Assembly: GCA_044356305.1 (NCBI GenBank)
Contig: JBIKWM010000002.1
Location: 132,053 to 196,052, forward strand
Direction of reading: 5' to 3'
Source of the DNA: Flavobacteriales bacterium
Lineage (GTDB): Bacteria > Bacteroidota > Bacteroidia > UBA10329
Length of the DNA: 64,000 nt
The notes beneath the pieces were generated by a model, which was not told the origin of the DNA, did not search any database, and worked only from the letters and a program-made list of their open reading frames with translations. The position numbers were made by a program, and so were the translations under genes. Position 1 is the stretch's first letter, and every line of letters begins with the position of its first letter. Positions 19,039-28,782 of the stretch are shown in pieces.

Positions 19039-20280
19039 TCAGGAAACTACCCTTCGCAAAGAGTCAGCTTGGGCGTTGTTGCGCGAAACGACTTGCTTGA
19101 ATCTCTCAATCAGGTCGGCAGGTATGGGCTCCGACCTTGGGGGCACCTCTTTTCTGTGATCAATCTGTTTGCCATTCTTCCAGAAGCGGAAACAGACATG
19201 AGGCCCGGTTGCAAGACCGGTGCTACCGACATATCCGATAACCTCGCCCTGCCGTACACGCACACCCTTACTTATGCCGCTCCTGAACTTGGACATGTGC
19301 AGATACTGGGTCTCGTATGTCTTGTTGTGCCTGATCTTCACATAGTTCCCGTTGCCCGAGGTGTAGCGTGCCTCTGATACTGTGCCATCGCCAACGGCCA
19401 TGATTGGCGTTCCGTGCGGGGCTGCGTAATCGGTGCCGAGGTGTGGCCGTAGGGTCTTGAGCACTGGATGGAGACGTCCCTTTGAAAAGGCACTGCTGAT
19501 GCGAGAGAATTTTAGAGGGGCCTGCAGAAAAGCCTTTTTGAGGCTCTGGCCATCGCTGGCGTAGTATCCCTTCAGCCCGTCAACTTCAAAATAATGTGCA
19601 TCGTTGGCCTTGCCACCGCTCTCAAAATTGGCGGCCCTAATCCTGCCAATGCCTACGCTCTGACCTTCCACCACATCCTCCTCGTACAGGGCAAAGAACC
19701 GGTCGCCTTTCTGTATGCGGTAAAAATCAACAGTCCATGCAAAAATCTCCGATAGCTCGACCGCGAGGGCGGGGCTGTGCCCGAGTTTCTCCAACTCGGC
19801 ATAGAGCGATGACCGTATCTCACCTTCAATGAGCCGCAACTTCCGCTCTACGGGTCTTTGTACCACATAGACATTCAGGCTGTCGCGTAAATCGAACACA
19901 ACGTACTCCTTATCGCTCGACTCATAAACAAAGCACTTGGCCACTCCTTCGGCATCCTTTGAGCAGAACACCGTTAGAGGCCTGCCTGCGGCCAATTTCC
20001 GCACATCCCAAACATCCTTTGATGCTTCGGCAATCTCATGCACGGTCTTGCCCTGAACACCGTACTTCTGTAAAATCTGAGAAAGGCTCTGGTTCTTCTG
20101 GACGTGGCCTTTAATGACAGTAAAGGAGTCGGTGCTTATCCCATACTCAAGTTGAGGCTCGGCCGCGAGCGTGTCACTTACCGGCACATTGTCCGGGTCA
20201 GGGGCCAAACAGCCCTGCCACGGTACCATAAGAAACAGCATGCTCAGGACGCTGCCGCAGGCAACAAGGGCTCTCAGCAT
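19039..20280 (-). CDS. M23 family peptidoglycan DD-metalloendopeptidase
   Basis: HLGTDYAAPHGTPIMAVGDGTV ... YLHMSKF ... GYVGSTGLATGPHVCFRF (HxxxD and HxH motifs of LytM/M23). Confidence 0.8.
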   Translation of the reverse strand: MLRALVACGSVLSMLFLMVPWQGCLAPDPDNVPVSDTLAAEPQLEYGISTDSFTVIKGHVQKNQSLSQILQKYGVQGKTVHEIAEASKDVWDVRKLAAGRPLTVFCSKDAEGVAKCFVYESSDKEYVVFDLRDSLNVYVVQRPVERKLRLIEGEIRSSLYAELEKLGHSPALAVELSEIFAWTVDFYRIQKGDRFFALYEEDVVEGQSVGIGRIRAANFESGGKANDAHYFEVDGLKGYYASDGQSLKKAFLQAPLKFSRISSAFSKGRLHPVLKTLRPHLGTDYAAPHGTPIMAVGDGTVSEARYTSGNGNYVKIRHNKTYETQYLHMSKFRSGISKGVRVRQGEVIGYVGSTGLATGPHVCFRFWKNGKQIDHRKEVPPRSEPIPADLIERFKQVVSRNNAQADSLRRVVS

Positions 20281-20281
20281 A

Positions 20282-21952
20282 TCAACGCAGAAGTGTCAGA
20301 AATCCCTGTCGGCTCTGGGTAGACCCATCCAGACCAGTCAAATTGAGCAGATAGTAGTATGTTCCCTGTTCCGCCTCGGCATTGCCATTTATTCGGCCGT
20401 CCCATCCCCAGTCACTCCCAGCGGTCAAAGTTCCTTCCATCTCATGCACCTTCAGCCCCCACCTGTTGTAGATCTTCATTGCGGCAGCAGTGTAACCATA
20501 GACGAAAGGTTCCCACAACCTGTTCATATCATCACCATTCGGGGTGAACACATTCGGCACTTCCAACATGGGCATGCCCTCAATATGAATGGATTGCATG
20601 GCCGTGTCGGCACATCCGAACTCATTGGTAACGATCAGGGTCACCACATAGGTGCCGCTGTCTGGAAAAACGTACTCGGCATCTTGACCATTAAGTATGG
20701 TGTCTCCCACCATCCACTGGTAGGTCGTGGCCTGGCCCTGGGCCGAAAACGAACCATTTAGGTAGGCGGCATCAATCAAAGCAGTGGCCGTGGGCACCGG
20801 ATTCACCGTGACTGACTGTGTCACGGTGTCTGTGCAGCCATCGGCCGTTATGAGCAATAGCGCTGCATCGTATTCACCAGCTTCGGCAAATAAATGGAAA
20901 TGGTCAATGGTGGAGGCCGTGGACCCATCACCATGATCCCAAGAATAGGTGGTCCCCTGTCCGAGAGCATTGCCCGTGAAGTCAAATGCTGTGGTATCGC
21001 CCGCACAGACCGGCCCGGTATTAAAGGCAGCGGTCGGCAGCGGGTCTATCACCACATCAAAACTGTCGGTGGCCGTGCACCCTGCCATGTCTGTTATGGT
21101 CTGAACTATGGTGTAGGTGCCAGGGGCGGCATAGGTCACATCCCCAGGGTCAATCTGGTCGGAGGTCTGGCCGTTGCCCAGATCCCAGTTCACTGCCGTC
21201 ACAGCTCCCAGAGCGCTATAGGACGCATCTGCAATGTTGATGGCCTCGCCAAGGCACACCTCATCATCGCTCAATGTGGCATCGGGCAGCATGGCCAGGC
21301 AAAACCTGTGCTCGTTGTTCAAACCGCCAGTACTGGCCGTGAATCCCCAATAGACCTCAGGATTGCCCGAAAAAAGGTCATTGACAATATCTGTGTTGAG
21401 TTCAACCCTCAGGTCGCTATCCATGTAGACGGAGAATGTGTTCGTGCCGGGCGCCCAGACCACGCGCATGAGATGTTCAGCCGCATCTTCAATATTGCCT
21501 CCGCTGGCAAGGGCTGTGACAGGCCCCATCAGGTTATTGGCCGTGCCATGGTCCACCACCCCATTGCTCATCAGTGCAATGTGGTCATAGACAGGGTCCC
21601 ATCCGTTCTGATAGGTGTCGACCTCCACGGCCAGAGACGGACTGATGCCCTCATAGCCCAGCCCACCACCTGTGCTGCCGATGCTGGTGCTTATAGGTTG
21701 CAACATGAATGCGATGCCATCGGCCCCGCCATCATTGGCCCCCAGGTACACATTGAATGTGAAATCAAAAGGGTCGGTCAGGTCTATCAGGTTCTCGTTC
21801 CAGACCGAGCCCCCCTGAGTGTTGATGGCCTGGGTGAGTCGGTAACAGTTGCATGAGAGCTGCACGGCATTCCCGTTCACAACGTATTGGGCCGTGCCTA
21901 TCAACGGAAGGGAAGAGAGGAGGACAAGCAGGAGTCTTTGCATATCATTCAC
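20282..21952 (-). CDS. T9SS type-B cargo: L-type (legume-like) lectin domain + PKD domains + gliding-motility-associated C-terminal domain
   Basis: Signal peptide. N-terminal lectin-like beta-sandwich (GGADGIAFMLQP..., VYWGFTASTGGLNNEHRFC). C-terminal VPNVFTPNGDDMNRLWEPF...GTYYYLL type-B CTD. Confidence 0.7.
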   Translation of the reverse strand: MNDMQRLLLVLLSSLPLIGTAQYVVNGNAVQLSCNCYRLTQAINTQGGSVWNENLIDLTDPFDFTFNVYLGANDGGADGIAFMLQPISTSIGSTGGGLGYEGISPSLAVEVDTYQNGWDPVYDHIALMSNGVVDHGTANNLMGPVTALASGGNIEDAAEHLMRVVWAPGTNTFSVYMDSDLRVELNTDIVNDLFSGNPEVYWGFTASTGGLNNEHRFCLAMLPDATLSDDEVCLGEAINIADASYSALGAVTAVNWDLGNGQTSDQIDPGDVTYAAPGTYTIVQTITDMAGCTATDSFDVVIDPLPTAAFNTGPVCAGDTTAFDFTGNALGQGTTYSWDHGDGSTASTIDHFHLFAEAGEYDAALLLITADGCTDTVTQSVTVNPVPTATALIDAAYLNGSFSAQGQATTYQWMVGDTILNGQDAEYVFPDSGTYVVTLIVTNEFGCADTAMQSIHIEGMPMLEVPNVFTPNGDDMNRLWEPFVYGYTAAAMKIYNRWGLKVHEMEGTLTAGSDWGWDGRINGNAEAEQGTYYYLLNLTGLDGSTQSRQGFLTLLR

Positions 21953-22051
21953 TTTTCGGGTGGCTAAATTAGACCTGTCAATCCTTCAAACGTTCATTTT
22001 ACCGAGATTGGCGGGGGGTGCCGCTAGGTCCATGGGTCTACCTTTGGCCCC

Positions 22052-22708
22052 ATGTGGAGGCAGGTGAGCACACTGTTCGTCAAGGAGATGAGTCTTGAGT
22101 GGCGCAACAGATATGCCCTCAACGCCATTGCGCTCTATGTGGTGAGCACCGTCTTCGTTTGTTACCTGTCGTTCAAGCAAGTGGTTGAGGCGCCTGTTTG
22201 GAACGCCCTGTTTTGGGTGATCATGTTATTCGCATCGGTAAATGCCGTAGGCAAGAGCTTCATTACCGAGCGGTCTGGCCGCATGTTGTATTACCATCTG
22301 CTGTTCGGCCCGCAGGCGTTCATATTGGCCAAACTGCTGTACAATGCCCTGTTGCTGTTGGCGTTGGCCCTGGTCTGCTCGGGTGCATACATGCTTCTTA
22401 TAGGTGACCTCGTGCAGGACCACCTCATGTTCTATGTGGCGCTGGTGCTTGGCAGCCTGGGGTTCAGCGGCATTTTCACGCTCATGTCGGCCATAGCCGC
22501 CAAGACCGAGAACAACCTGAGCCTCATGGCCATCCTGAGTTTCCCGGTGCAGCTGCCATTCCTCATCACTCTTATCAAACTGTCAAAGAACGCAGTGGAC
22601 GGCCTCGACCGCTCCCTGAGCCTGGATCTGGTGGTGGTGCTGGTGCTGATCAACGTCATCGTTGTGGCATTGGCCTACCTGCTGTTCCCGTACCTTTGGC
22701 GCGACTGA
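22052..22708 (+). CDS. ccmB: Heme exporter permease CcmB (cytochrome c maturation system I)
   Basis: 218-aa six-TM protein directly upstream of ccmC/ccmD/ccmE homologs. Size and hydrophobicity profile fit CcmB. Confidence 0.6.
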   Translation: MWRQVSTLFVKEMSLEWRNRYALNAIALYVVSTVFVCYLSFKQVVEAPVWNALFWVIMLFASVNAVGKSFITERSGRMLYYHLLFGPQAFILAKLLYNALLLLALALVCSGAYMLLIGDLVQDHLMFYVALVLGSLGFSGIFTLMSAIAAKTENNLSLMAILSFPVQLPFLITLIKLSKNAVDGLDRSLSLDLVVVLVLINVIVVALAYLLFPYLWRD

Positions 22709-22738
22709 GCGGAATGGCCCGCCCCGCCTATCAGAGGG

Positions 22739-23434
22739 ATGTTCAAAACCGGAAACGATTCGCCTGCTCTATTCGGCCTTGCCTGGTGGAAATGGCTCGG
22801 AGCCGCCCTGGTACTCTATTCGGTGCTTGCGGGGCTGATCATCCCCGTGCCCGCACTGCCCATATTGCACGAGACTATCCGCAATCTCTTTTACCACGTC
22901 ACCCAGTGGTTCGCCATGATGTTGCTGCTCACCGTGGCCCTGTGGCACAGCATCATGCATCTGGCCAAGGGAGACAGACGGTCGGATATCATAGCGGCCG
23001 AGGCGGTTAACGTAGGGCTGTTCCAGGGCATCCTCGGCCTGCTTACAGGCATGCTGTGGGCGCGATACACCTGGGGCGCCTGGTGGGTCGGAGATGCCAA
23101 GCTGAACGGAGTGGCAGTGGCAATGCTCATTTACCTTGCATACAATGTGCTGCGCGGCAGCTTGGACGATGTGCAGAAACGGGGGCGTGTAGCCGCTGTG
23201 TTCAACATATTCGCCTATGTCATGTTCATGGTGATGGTAATGGTGATGCCACGGTTGGCTGATAGCCTGCACCCCGGCAACGGTGGCAACCCGGGCTTTG
23301 GCGGTTACGACCTCGATAATACCATGAAACTCGTGTTCTATCCGGCCGTGATAGGTTGGATTCTCATGGGCCTGTGGATAGTTGACATCAGGGTGCGGCT
23401 GGCATCCATCTTAGAGAAACGGAACAATGACTGA
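22739..23434 (+). CDS. ccmC: Heme exporter / cytochrome c assembly protein CcmC
   Basis: Trp-rich WWD-like loop TWGAWWVGDAKLN flanked by conserved His (ILHETIRN, LHPGNGG). Multi-TM. Confidence 0.75.
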   Translation: MFKTGNDSPALFGLAWWKWLGAALVLYSVLAGLIIPVPALPILHETIRNLFYHVTQWFAMMLLLTVALWHSIMHLAKGDRRSDIIAAEAVNVGLFQGILGLLTGMLWARYTWGAWWVGDAKLNGVAVAMLIYLAYNVLRGSLDDVQKRGRVAAVFNIFAYVMFMVMVMVMPRLADSLHPGNGGNPGFGGYDLDNTMKLVFYPAVIGWILMGLWIVDIRVRLASILEKRNND

Positions 23435-23648
23435 ACTGCTCAGACGTACGGCCCTGTGCCTCATCCTGCTCATGGGGCCACTTGCCCTGCACGCGCAAGA
23501 TGCCGTAGATATGGCCGACACCATGCGGGCCAACGGCAAGCTCTATGTGGTGGTGGGTGTTATGGCCATCATTTTCATCGGTCTGTTCATATACCTGCTC
23601 ATCATAGATAGGAAGCTGAGCCGCATGGAACGGGGCTCCAAGGACTGA
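23427..23648 (+). CDS. CcmD-family small membrane protein (Bacteroidota-type CcmD)
   Basis: 73 aa, single TM (VVVGVMAIIFIGLFIYLLII), overlapping the ccmC stop. Matches position and shape of the alternative CcmD family. Confidence 0.55.
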   Translation: MTELLRRTALCLILLMGPLALHAQDAVDMADTMRANGKLYVVVGVMAIIFIGLFIYLLIIDRKLSRMERGSKD

Positions 23649-23651
23649 ACC

Positions 23652-24059
23652 ATGAAGAAGACCCACATCATAGGCATAGTGGTGATAGCCGTGGCCATTG
23701 GGGCCATACTGGCCACTGTGAGCGATAGCAGCACATACGCCTCGTTTAATCAGGCAGTGGCCAATCCGGGCAGCGAGTACCACGTGGTGGGCCGATTGAA
23801 TAAGGCAAAGGAGATGGTGTACGACCCCCAGGTGAGCACCAACCTGTTTACCTTTTATATGACCGACAATGAGGGCACCGAGACCAAGGTGCATTTCAAA
23901 GGGTCAAAGCCTCAGGATTTTGAAAAGTCTGAGCAGGTTGTCCTTATCGGCAATTACAACGGTCAGGTGTTCGTGGCCGAAAAGATCCTTATGAAGTGCC
24001 CATCGAAGTACAATGATGGTCAACAGGGCGAGATGCAGGAGTTCAAGGCTCAAGGATAG
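23652..24059 (+). CDS. ccmE: Cytochrome c-type biogenesis heme chaperone CcmE, cysteine (CxxxY) variant
   Basis: N-terminal membrane anchor, OB-fold region (FYMTDNEGTETKVHFKGSKPQDF..VVLIGNY). C-terminal KCPSKY in place of the canonical HxxxY heme-binding motif. Confidence 0.7.
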   Translation: MKKTHIIGIVVIAVAIGAILATVSDSSTYASFNQAVANPGSEYHVVGRLNKAKEMVYDPQVSTNLFTFYMTDNEGTETKVHFKGSKPQDFEKSEQVVLIGNYNGQVFVAEKILMKCPSKYNDGQQGEMQEFKAQG

Positions 24060-24100
24060 AAACTGAGGTCATAATGACTGGGCCGCTGCCCATCCTCAGA

Positions 24101-26695
24101 TCAGTCTCCCTCTAAACCCAGATAGTTCTTGCGGAAAAAACGCATGTACTCTGGTACATCCTGGCGCTGATAGAACTTGGCAAAGTTGCCGACCGCTATA
24201 AGGAAACGGAACGCATCAGTCTCGTTGAGGCCGTTGAATACAGTGGAATCGGCCTTGATCAGCTCGTAATAATCGCGCGCTTTGGCCGGAGTACTGAATC
24301 CCTGCACAAATACAAGGTCCTTGTCACGGCCCATCTTCATGTCCTTCACCATCAAGGTCTCGTTGCTGTAGTTAACGGCATTGAAGTCCGAGAGGCGCGC
24401 CTTCATATCTGCCGGACGGAATCCCGGACGGTTGACCACCACCATGAAATACTGCACGGTATCGGCATTGTGGCGATAGAGGATGAGCGGTTCGGCAGGC
24501 AGCACCTCATCGGGCATCTTCTCGCCCGTCAGGTCATTCACATAGGCCAGCAGTTCCACAGCCATGGCCTTTTCCTCATCCTTCGGATATTTCTTGATGA
24601 ACTCATCCAGGGCGGCCTTGTACACATCGAGGCGTTGGGTGCGGCCTATGCACATGGCCTTCAGCAGCGCGAACTTGGGTATCAGCTTGTGCTTGTCCAC
24701 CTTTCCAACAACACTGTCTATAGTGGCCAGGGCGTCCTCAAACCGGTCTTCGCGGTAAGATGTCATTGCGCGCTCATACATCCCGCTCAGGCGGTTGCGC
24801 ATGGCCTCCATTTTCTTGAGGTGGTTGGGGTCGGTCAGTATCTTGGCATAATCGCTCTCAGGGAACTCTCGCACAATGCGCTGCTTGCAACGCTCGGCAT
24901 TGGCCATATCGTTCTTCTGTGTGTAGAGACGGTGAAGCTGATAGAGCGATTCGAGGGTCCAGATGCCTTTCGGATACTTCTGCAACAGGTCCTCATAGGT
25001 CTTTATGGACCGGTCAATGTCCGACAGTTGGTCCTTGTAGATGCCACCAAGGTCGTAATAGGCGTTCTGCACCAGGCGCAGCGAGCTGTCGCGTTGGGCC
25101 TCGGTGAGGGGCAGGCCCTTGCGGTAGAACTCTGGGTCGAGTAATACCGAATCCTTATTGGAGGCGGTGTCCGCATCGGCCGTGGTCGACATCTCAAGGC
25201 TGCGCTTGTTGCTCCTGCGCCAGTTGTCCTCCAGTTTCCTGTCGCCCCATTTGCGAAGGAAGTCGCTCACACCGAAACTGAGTGCGGTGGGGTTGTAGAA
25301 ATACCAACTGCCTGCTGCCGAACCGCTGGGGGTCTGAGCCGCGGGCTGGTTGCCGGCAGCCATGGCGGCCTGACGGTCGGCCTCGGCCTGACGGGCCGCT
25401 TCCTGCCTATCGAACTCCTTGCGGATCACATCAGCGATGAAACGGTCTATCTCATTCGGGCTCATGGCCGCTATGCGCAGCAGGCTGTCCTGCGTGCGTA
25501 TGATGTTCACATTCTTGATCAGCTCCGCGAGACTCTCCTTGCGGGTCTTCACATGGTCATATTTCTCGTGACGTTCGCTTATGACGGCCAATGAGCTGTC
25601 GTAATACAGGCCGCTCTCCTCGTACTCGGGAATATCGAACAGTATATCGGCTATGGTGAAGTAAGACTCGGCCTTCTGTGCCGTATTGCCGGTATTGGCG
25701 GCAATGGACTTCTTAAAATAGTCCATGGCCACAGGCTGGTCCTTTTCCTCGTAGGCAATCTTACCCAGGGCGAAATAGATGCGGTCAAGGAAATCAACGT
25801 TCTTCTCATCCTTGGCCATCTTCTCCAGCTCCTTCTTTATGCTGGCCAGCTCGCCCGATGTGCTGTTGGTCATCAGCGCCCTGTTGATGCGGGCGTTGAA
25901 CTCCATGTCATACGGTGTGCTCCTGCGCAGCACCTGGGTGTAGAAGTATGCCGCGCTGTCGCGGTTGTTCATCTCCTCATGCAGCTGTGCCTCAATGAAG
26001 GTGTAGCGCGTCTTCTTCCTGCGGGCCTTGGTATAGGCTATGGCCTTACGTATCTCCTCCAAAGCCTTGGGGTAGTCCTGTTTCTCAATCCAGTGGTCGG
26101 CCATCACGGCCCCATATTCTCCTTTCTTCTTCTTCGGGAATTTCTCCTCAGCCTCCAGCGCGGTGATTATCAGTTCGGCATCTTTGAACCGGGCCGATCG
26201 CGAATAGGTGCGCACCAGCCACAGGTAACCATCAATGCGGATGGGCTTGGTGGCATACTGTTTCACCACATAATTGAACACCTCGATGGCCGGCAGGTAG
26301 TCGCGCTTGTAATAGTTGGCCTGCCCTATCAGCATATACGAGTCATCTATCCAGTTGCAGTACTCCCGGCCTTTTATCAGCATAGAGTGGCGGTCTATCA
26401 CAAATGCGCCCTTTTGCAGGGCGCGGTCCATCTGTGGATAAACCGCCCTCGATTCCTCTTCGCCACCGGCAGGGAAAACGGGGATTATCCGCGTGAAATC
26501 GTCCTTATTGGCAACGCCTAGGGCAGCAACACCCTCTTTCAGGCTCTCGCGTCCGTTCCAATAGCCGTTGTAGTGCGAGGTCACATTATGATACGCGCGG
26601 TTCAAGATGCCCTTCTTCTTGGTAGAGCATCCGGCCAGCAGAAGTACCGAGGCACAGAGGGCTGCGAGAATGAGATATGGCCGCGTGGGTGTCAA
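24101..26695 (-). CDS. TPR-repeat lipoprotein, candidate SprE/PorW-type T9SS component
   Basis: 864 aa. Lipobox LLLAGCS. NRAYHNVTSHYNGYWNG N-terminal motif. Multiple TPR-like helical repeats. Size and lipoprotein character match SprE (~870 aa). Confidence 0.5.
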   Translation of the reverse strand: MTPTRPYLILAALCASVLLLAGCSTKKKGILNRAYHNVTSHYNGYWNGRESLKEGVAALGVANKDDFTRIIPVFPAGGEEESRAVYPQMDRALQKGAFVIDRHSMLIKGREYCNWIDDSYMLIGQANYYKRDYLPAIEVFNYVVKQYATKPIRIDGYLWLVRTYSRSARFKDAELIITALEAEEKFPKKKKGEYGAVMADHWIEKQDYPKALEEIRKAIAYTKARRKKTRYTFIEAQLHEEMNNRDSAAYFYTQVLRRSTPYDMEFNARINRALMTNSTSGELASIKKELEKMAKDEKNVDFLDRIYFALGKIAYEEKDQPVAMDYFKKSIAANTGNTAQKAESYFTIADILFDIPEYEESGLYYDSSLAVISERHEKYDHVKTRKESLAELIKNVNIIRTQDSLLRIAAMSPNEIDRFIADVIRKEFDRQEAARQAEADRQAAMAAGNQPAAQTPSGSAAGSWYFYNPTALSFGVSDFLRKWGDRKLEDNWRRSNKRSLEMSTTADADTASNKDSVLLDPEFYRKGLPLTEAQRDSSLRLVQNAYYDLGGIYKDQLSDIDRSIKTYEDLLQKYPKGIWTLESLYQLHRLYTQKNDMANAERCKQRIVREFPESDYAKILTDPNHLKKMEAMRNRLSGMYERAMTSYREDRFEDALATIDSVVGKVDKHKLIPKFALLKAMCIGRTQRLDVYKAALDEFIKKYPKDEEKAMAVELLAYVNDLTGEKMPDEVLPAEPLILYRHNADTVQYFMVVVNRPGFRPADMKARLSDFNAVNYSNETLMVKDMKMGRDKDLVFVQGFSTPAKARDYYELIKADSTVFNGLNETDAFRFLIAVGNFAKFYQRQDVPEYMRFFRKNYLGLEGD

Positions 26696-26747
26696 ATCGG
26701 GGCCGCCCGAACGGACGGGTCGCGAATTTATTGCTTTCGCGGGGATT

Positions 26748-27677
26748 CTAGGTGGTCTTATCGGCTTTCGACCCGCGAAGCCTCCCCCAGGCCGCCATGA
26801 GGTACAGCAACATCATCACCATGGCCAACGAGAACAGGGCCTGCAAGGGGTTGTCGCGGCCGGTTGAATCAATGCCCTCGCGAATCGTGCCGTCAGCCTG
26901 ACCGTACACCAGCACCACAGCCATGGCATTGTTGACAAAGTGCGCCACAACCGGATAGGCCAACCTCCCACCGAATGCGAAAAGATAACCCAATCCGGCA
27001 CCCAGCATCAACCTCGGGACAAAGCCGAAGAACTGCATGTGTATGGCGCTGAAAAGTGCGGCCGACACCCACACCGCCACATGCACGTTGCCCAACCGCT
27101 GCGCCAGACTGCGCTGAATCAACCTGCGGAAAATGAGCTCCTCGCCCACTGCGGGCACCACCCCGAACATTAACAGGTTGAACACCAGGTGCCACACGGT
27201 GGGCATGTGCAGGAATGCCTCGGTCAGCTTCTGGGCCTCATCCTCGCTGGCGCGCATCCAATCATGTACTGCCTCCACGGGGAACACGAGGCCCTCGTTT
27301 ATGCCGGCCAGCCAATTGACCAGCGGCAGGGCCACAGGCATCAGCACGAAACTGATGAGCAGCGGTTGGCGCTCCAGTCCGCGCCATGTGGGCAGCGGCT
27401 CGGCCCTGAGCCACAGCCACAGCAACGGGGCCGCCACCAGCAGGCCCGCCCCGCCCAACAGCTGCACCATGCGCAGGGCAGGCACCGCGGCCCCCACATC
27501 GGTGCCATTGAGCAGCTCAGGGTGCGTGAGCACGGGTATGCCCAGCCCGAAATGCACAACCATCTGCGCTATCAGTGTGGCCACCGAACCACACACGAAC
27601 ATGAGCAGCACCAGCACGGCACCCGAACGGGCCGCTGAGCGGTGCATGAACTGACGTACGGCCTCTACGGCTTGCAT
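26748..27677 (-). CDS. CPBP family intramembrane glutamic metalloprotease (CAAX protease/Abi-like)
   Basis: EELIFRRLIQ (EExxxR), FSAIHMQ (FxxxH) and HFVNNAMAV (HxxxN) motifs. Start set at the ATG complementary to 27675-27677, because the longer ORF would overlap dusB. Confidence 0.7.
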   Translation of the reverse strand: MQAVEAVRQFMHRSAARSGAVLVLLMFVCGSVATLIAQMVVHFGLGIPVLTHPELLNGTDVGAAVPALRMVQLLGGAGLLVAAPLLWLWLRAEPLPTWRGLERQPLLISFVLMPVALPLVNWLAGINEGLVFPVEAVHDWMRASEDEAQKLTEAFLHMPTVWHLVFNLLMFGVVPAVGEELIFRRLIQRSLAQRLGNVHVAVWVSAALFSAIHMQFFGFVPRLMLGAGLGYLFAFGGRLAYPVVAHFVNNAMAVVLVYGQADGTIREGIDSTGRDNPLQALFSLAMVMMLLYLMAAWGRLRGSKADKTT

Positions 27678-27741
27678 GGAGGGTATCTTTGCCGGGCCGC
27701 GAAGTTCGGGCCAATGAGGGTCCGTGGCGGCATTGCCCCTC

Positions 27742-28734
27742 ATGCCCTCCATTGGCGACATACTTCTGCCCGATTTCCCACTGCTGCTGGCTCCCATGGA
27801 GGATGTGAGCGACCCGCCTTTCCGCGCGGTGTGCAAGCGCAACGGGGCCGATGTGATGTACACCGAGTTCATTTCGAGCGAGGCCCTTATCCGCGATGCG
27901 GCCAAGAGTGTCAAGAAGCTCGACATCTTTGAATACGAAAGGCCCATCGGCATCCAGATATTCGGGAGCAACATTCCCGCCATGGCCGAGAGCACACGCA
28001 TTAGCACCGCTGCCGGGCCCGACCTGATTGACATCAACTACGGCTGCCCGGTGAAAAACGTGGCCTGCAAAGGGGCCGGGGCCGGTATATTGCAGGATGT
28101 GCCCAAAATGGTGGCTATGACCAAGGCCGTGGTCGAAAGCACCCACCTGCCCGTTACCGTAAAGACACGCCTTGGCTGGGACGACAGCACCAAGAACATC
28201 CTGGAGGTGGCCGAACGGCTGCAGGATGTAGGCATCAAGGCCCTTACCGTGCACGGCCGCACCCGCAGCCAGATGTACAAGGGCAGTGCCGATTGGACAT
28301 TGATAGGCCGCCTCAAAGAGAACCCGCGCATCACCATTCCCATTTTCGGCAATGGCGATGTGGACAGCCCCGAAAAGGCCGTGCGCATGCGCGACACCTA
28401 TGGGGTGGACGGCATCATGATCGGCCGCGCCAGCATCGGCTACCCGTGGATCTTCAACGAGGTGAAGCACTACCTGGCCACGGGCCTCAGACTGGCACCG
28501 CCTACCATTGACGACCGCGTCAACACATGCCTCGACCACCTGCGTTTCAGCCTCGAATGGAAGGGAGAGCGGGTGGGCCTTTTCGAGATGCGCGTGCATT
28601 ACGCCAATTATTTCAAGGGCTTTGAGGGGTTCAAGGAGTTCCGCACCACCTTGGTCACGGCCGATTCGGCCCAGGCCGTGACCGACACCTTAGAGCTCGT
28701 GCGCCAACATTACCAACAGGTGGTCGCCCACTGA
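27742..28734 (+). CDS. dusB: tRNA-dihydrouridine synthase
   Basis: LLLAPMEDVSDPPFR..., INYGCPVKNVACKGAGAGILQD, HGRTRSQMYKG: Dus family TIM-barrel motifs. Confidence 0.8.
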   Translation: MPSIGDILLPDFPLLLAPMEDVSDPPFRAVCKRNGADVMYTEFISSEALIRDAAKSVKKLDIFEYERPIGIQIFGSNIPAMAESTRISTAAGPDLIDINYGCPVKNVACKGAGAGILQDVPKMVAMTKAVVESTHLPVTVKTRLGWDDSTKNILEVAERLQDVGIKALTVHGRTRSQMYKGSADWTLIGRLKENPRITIPIFGNGDVDSPEKAVRMRDTYGVDGIMIGRASIGYPWIFNEVKHYLATGLRLAPPTIDDRVNTCLDHLRFSLEWKGERVGLFEMRVHYANYFKGFEGFKEFRTTLVTADSAQAVTDTLELVRQHYQQVVAH

Positions 28735-28782
28735 ACCTATCCTACATTCGGCTGTTCAATCCGCCACAATCAAAACCATAAG

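Noticed and set aside
27678-28037. N-terminal 120-aa extension of the CPBP ORF (ORF track 26748..28037)
   Set aside because: The extension overlaps >300 bp of the well-supported dusB gene on the opposite strand. An internal ATG at 27675-27677 gives a normal-length CPBP protease.
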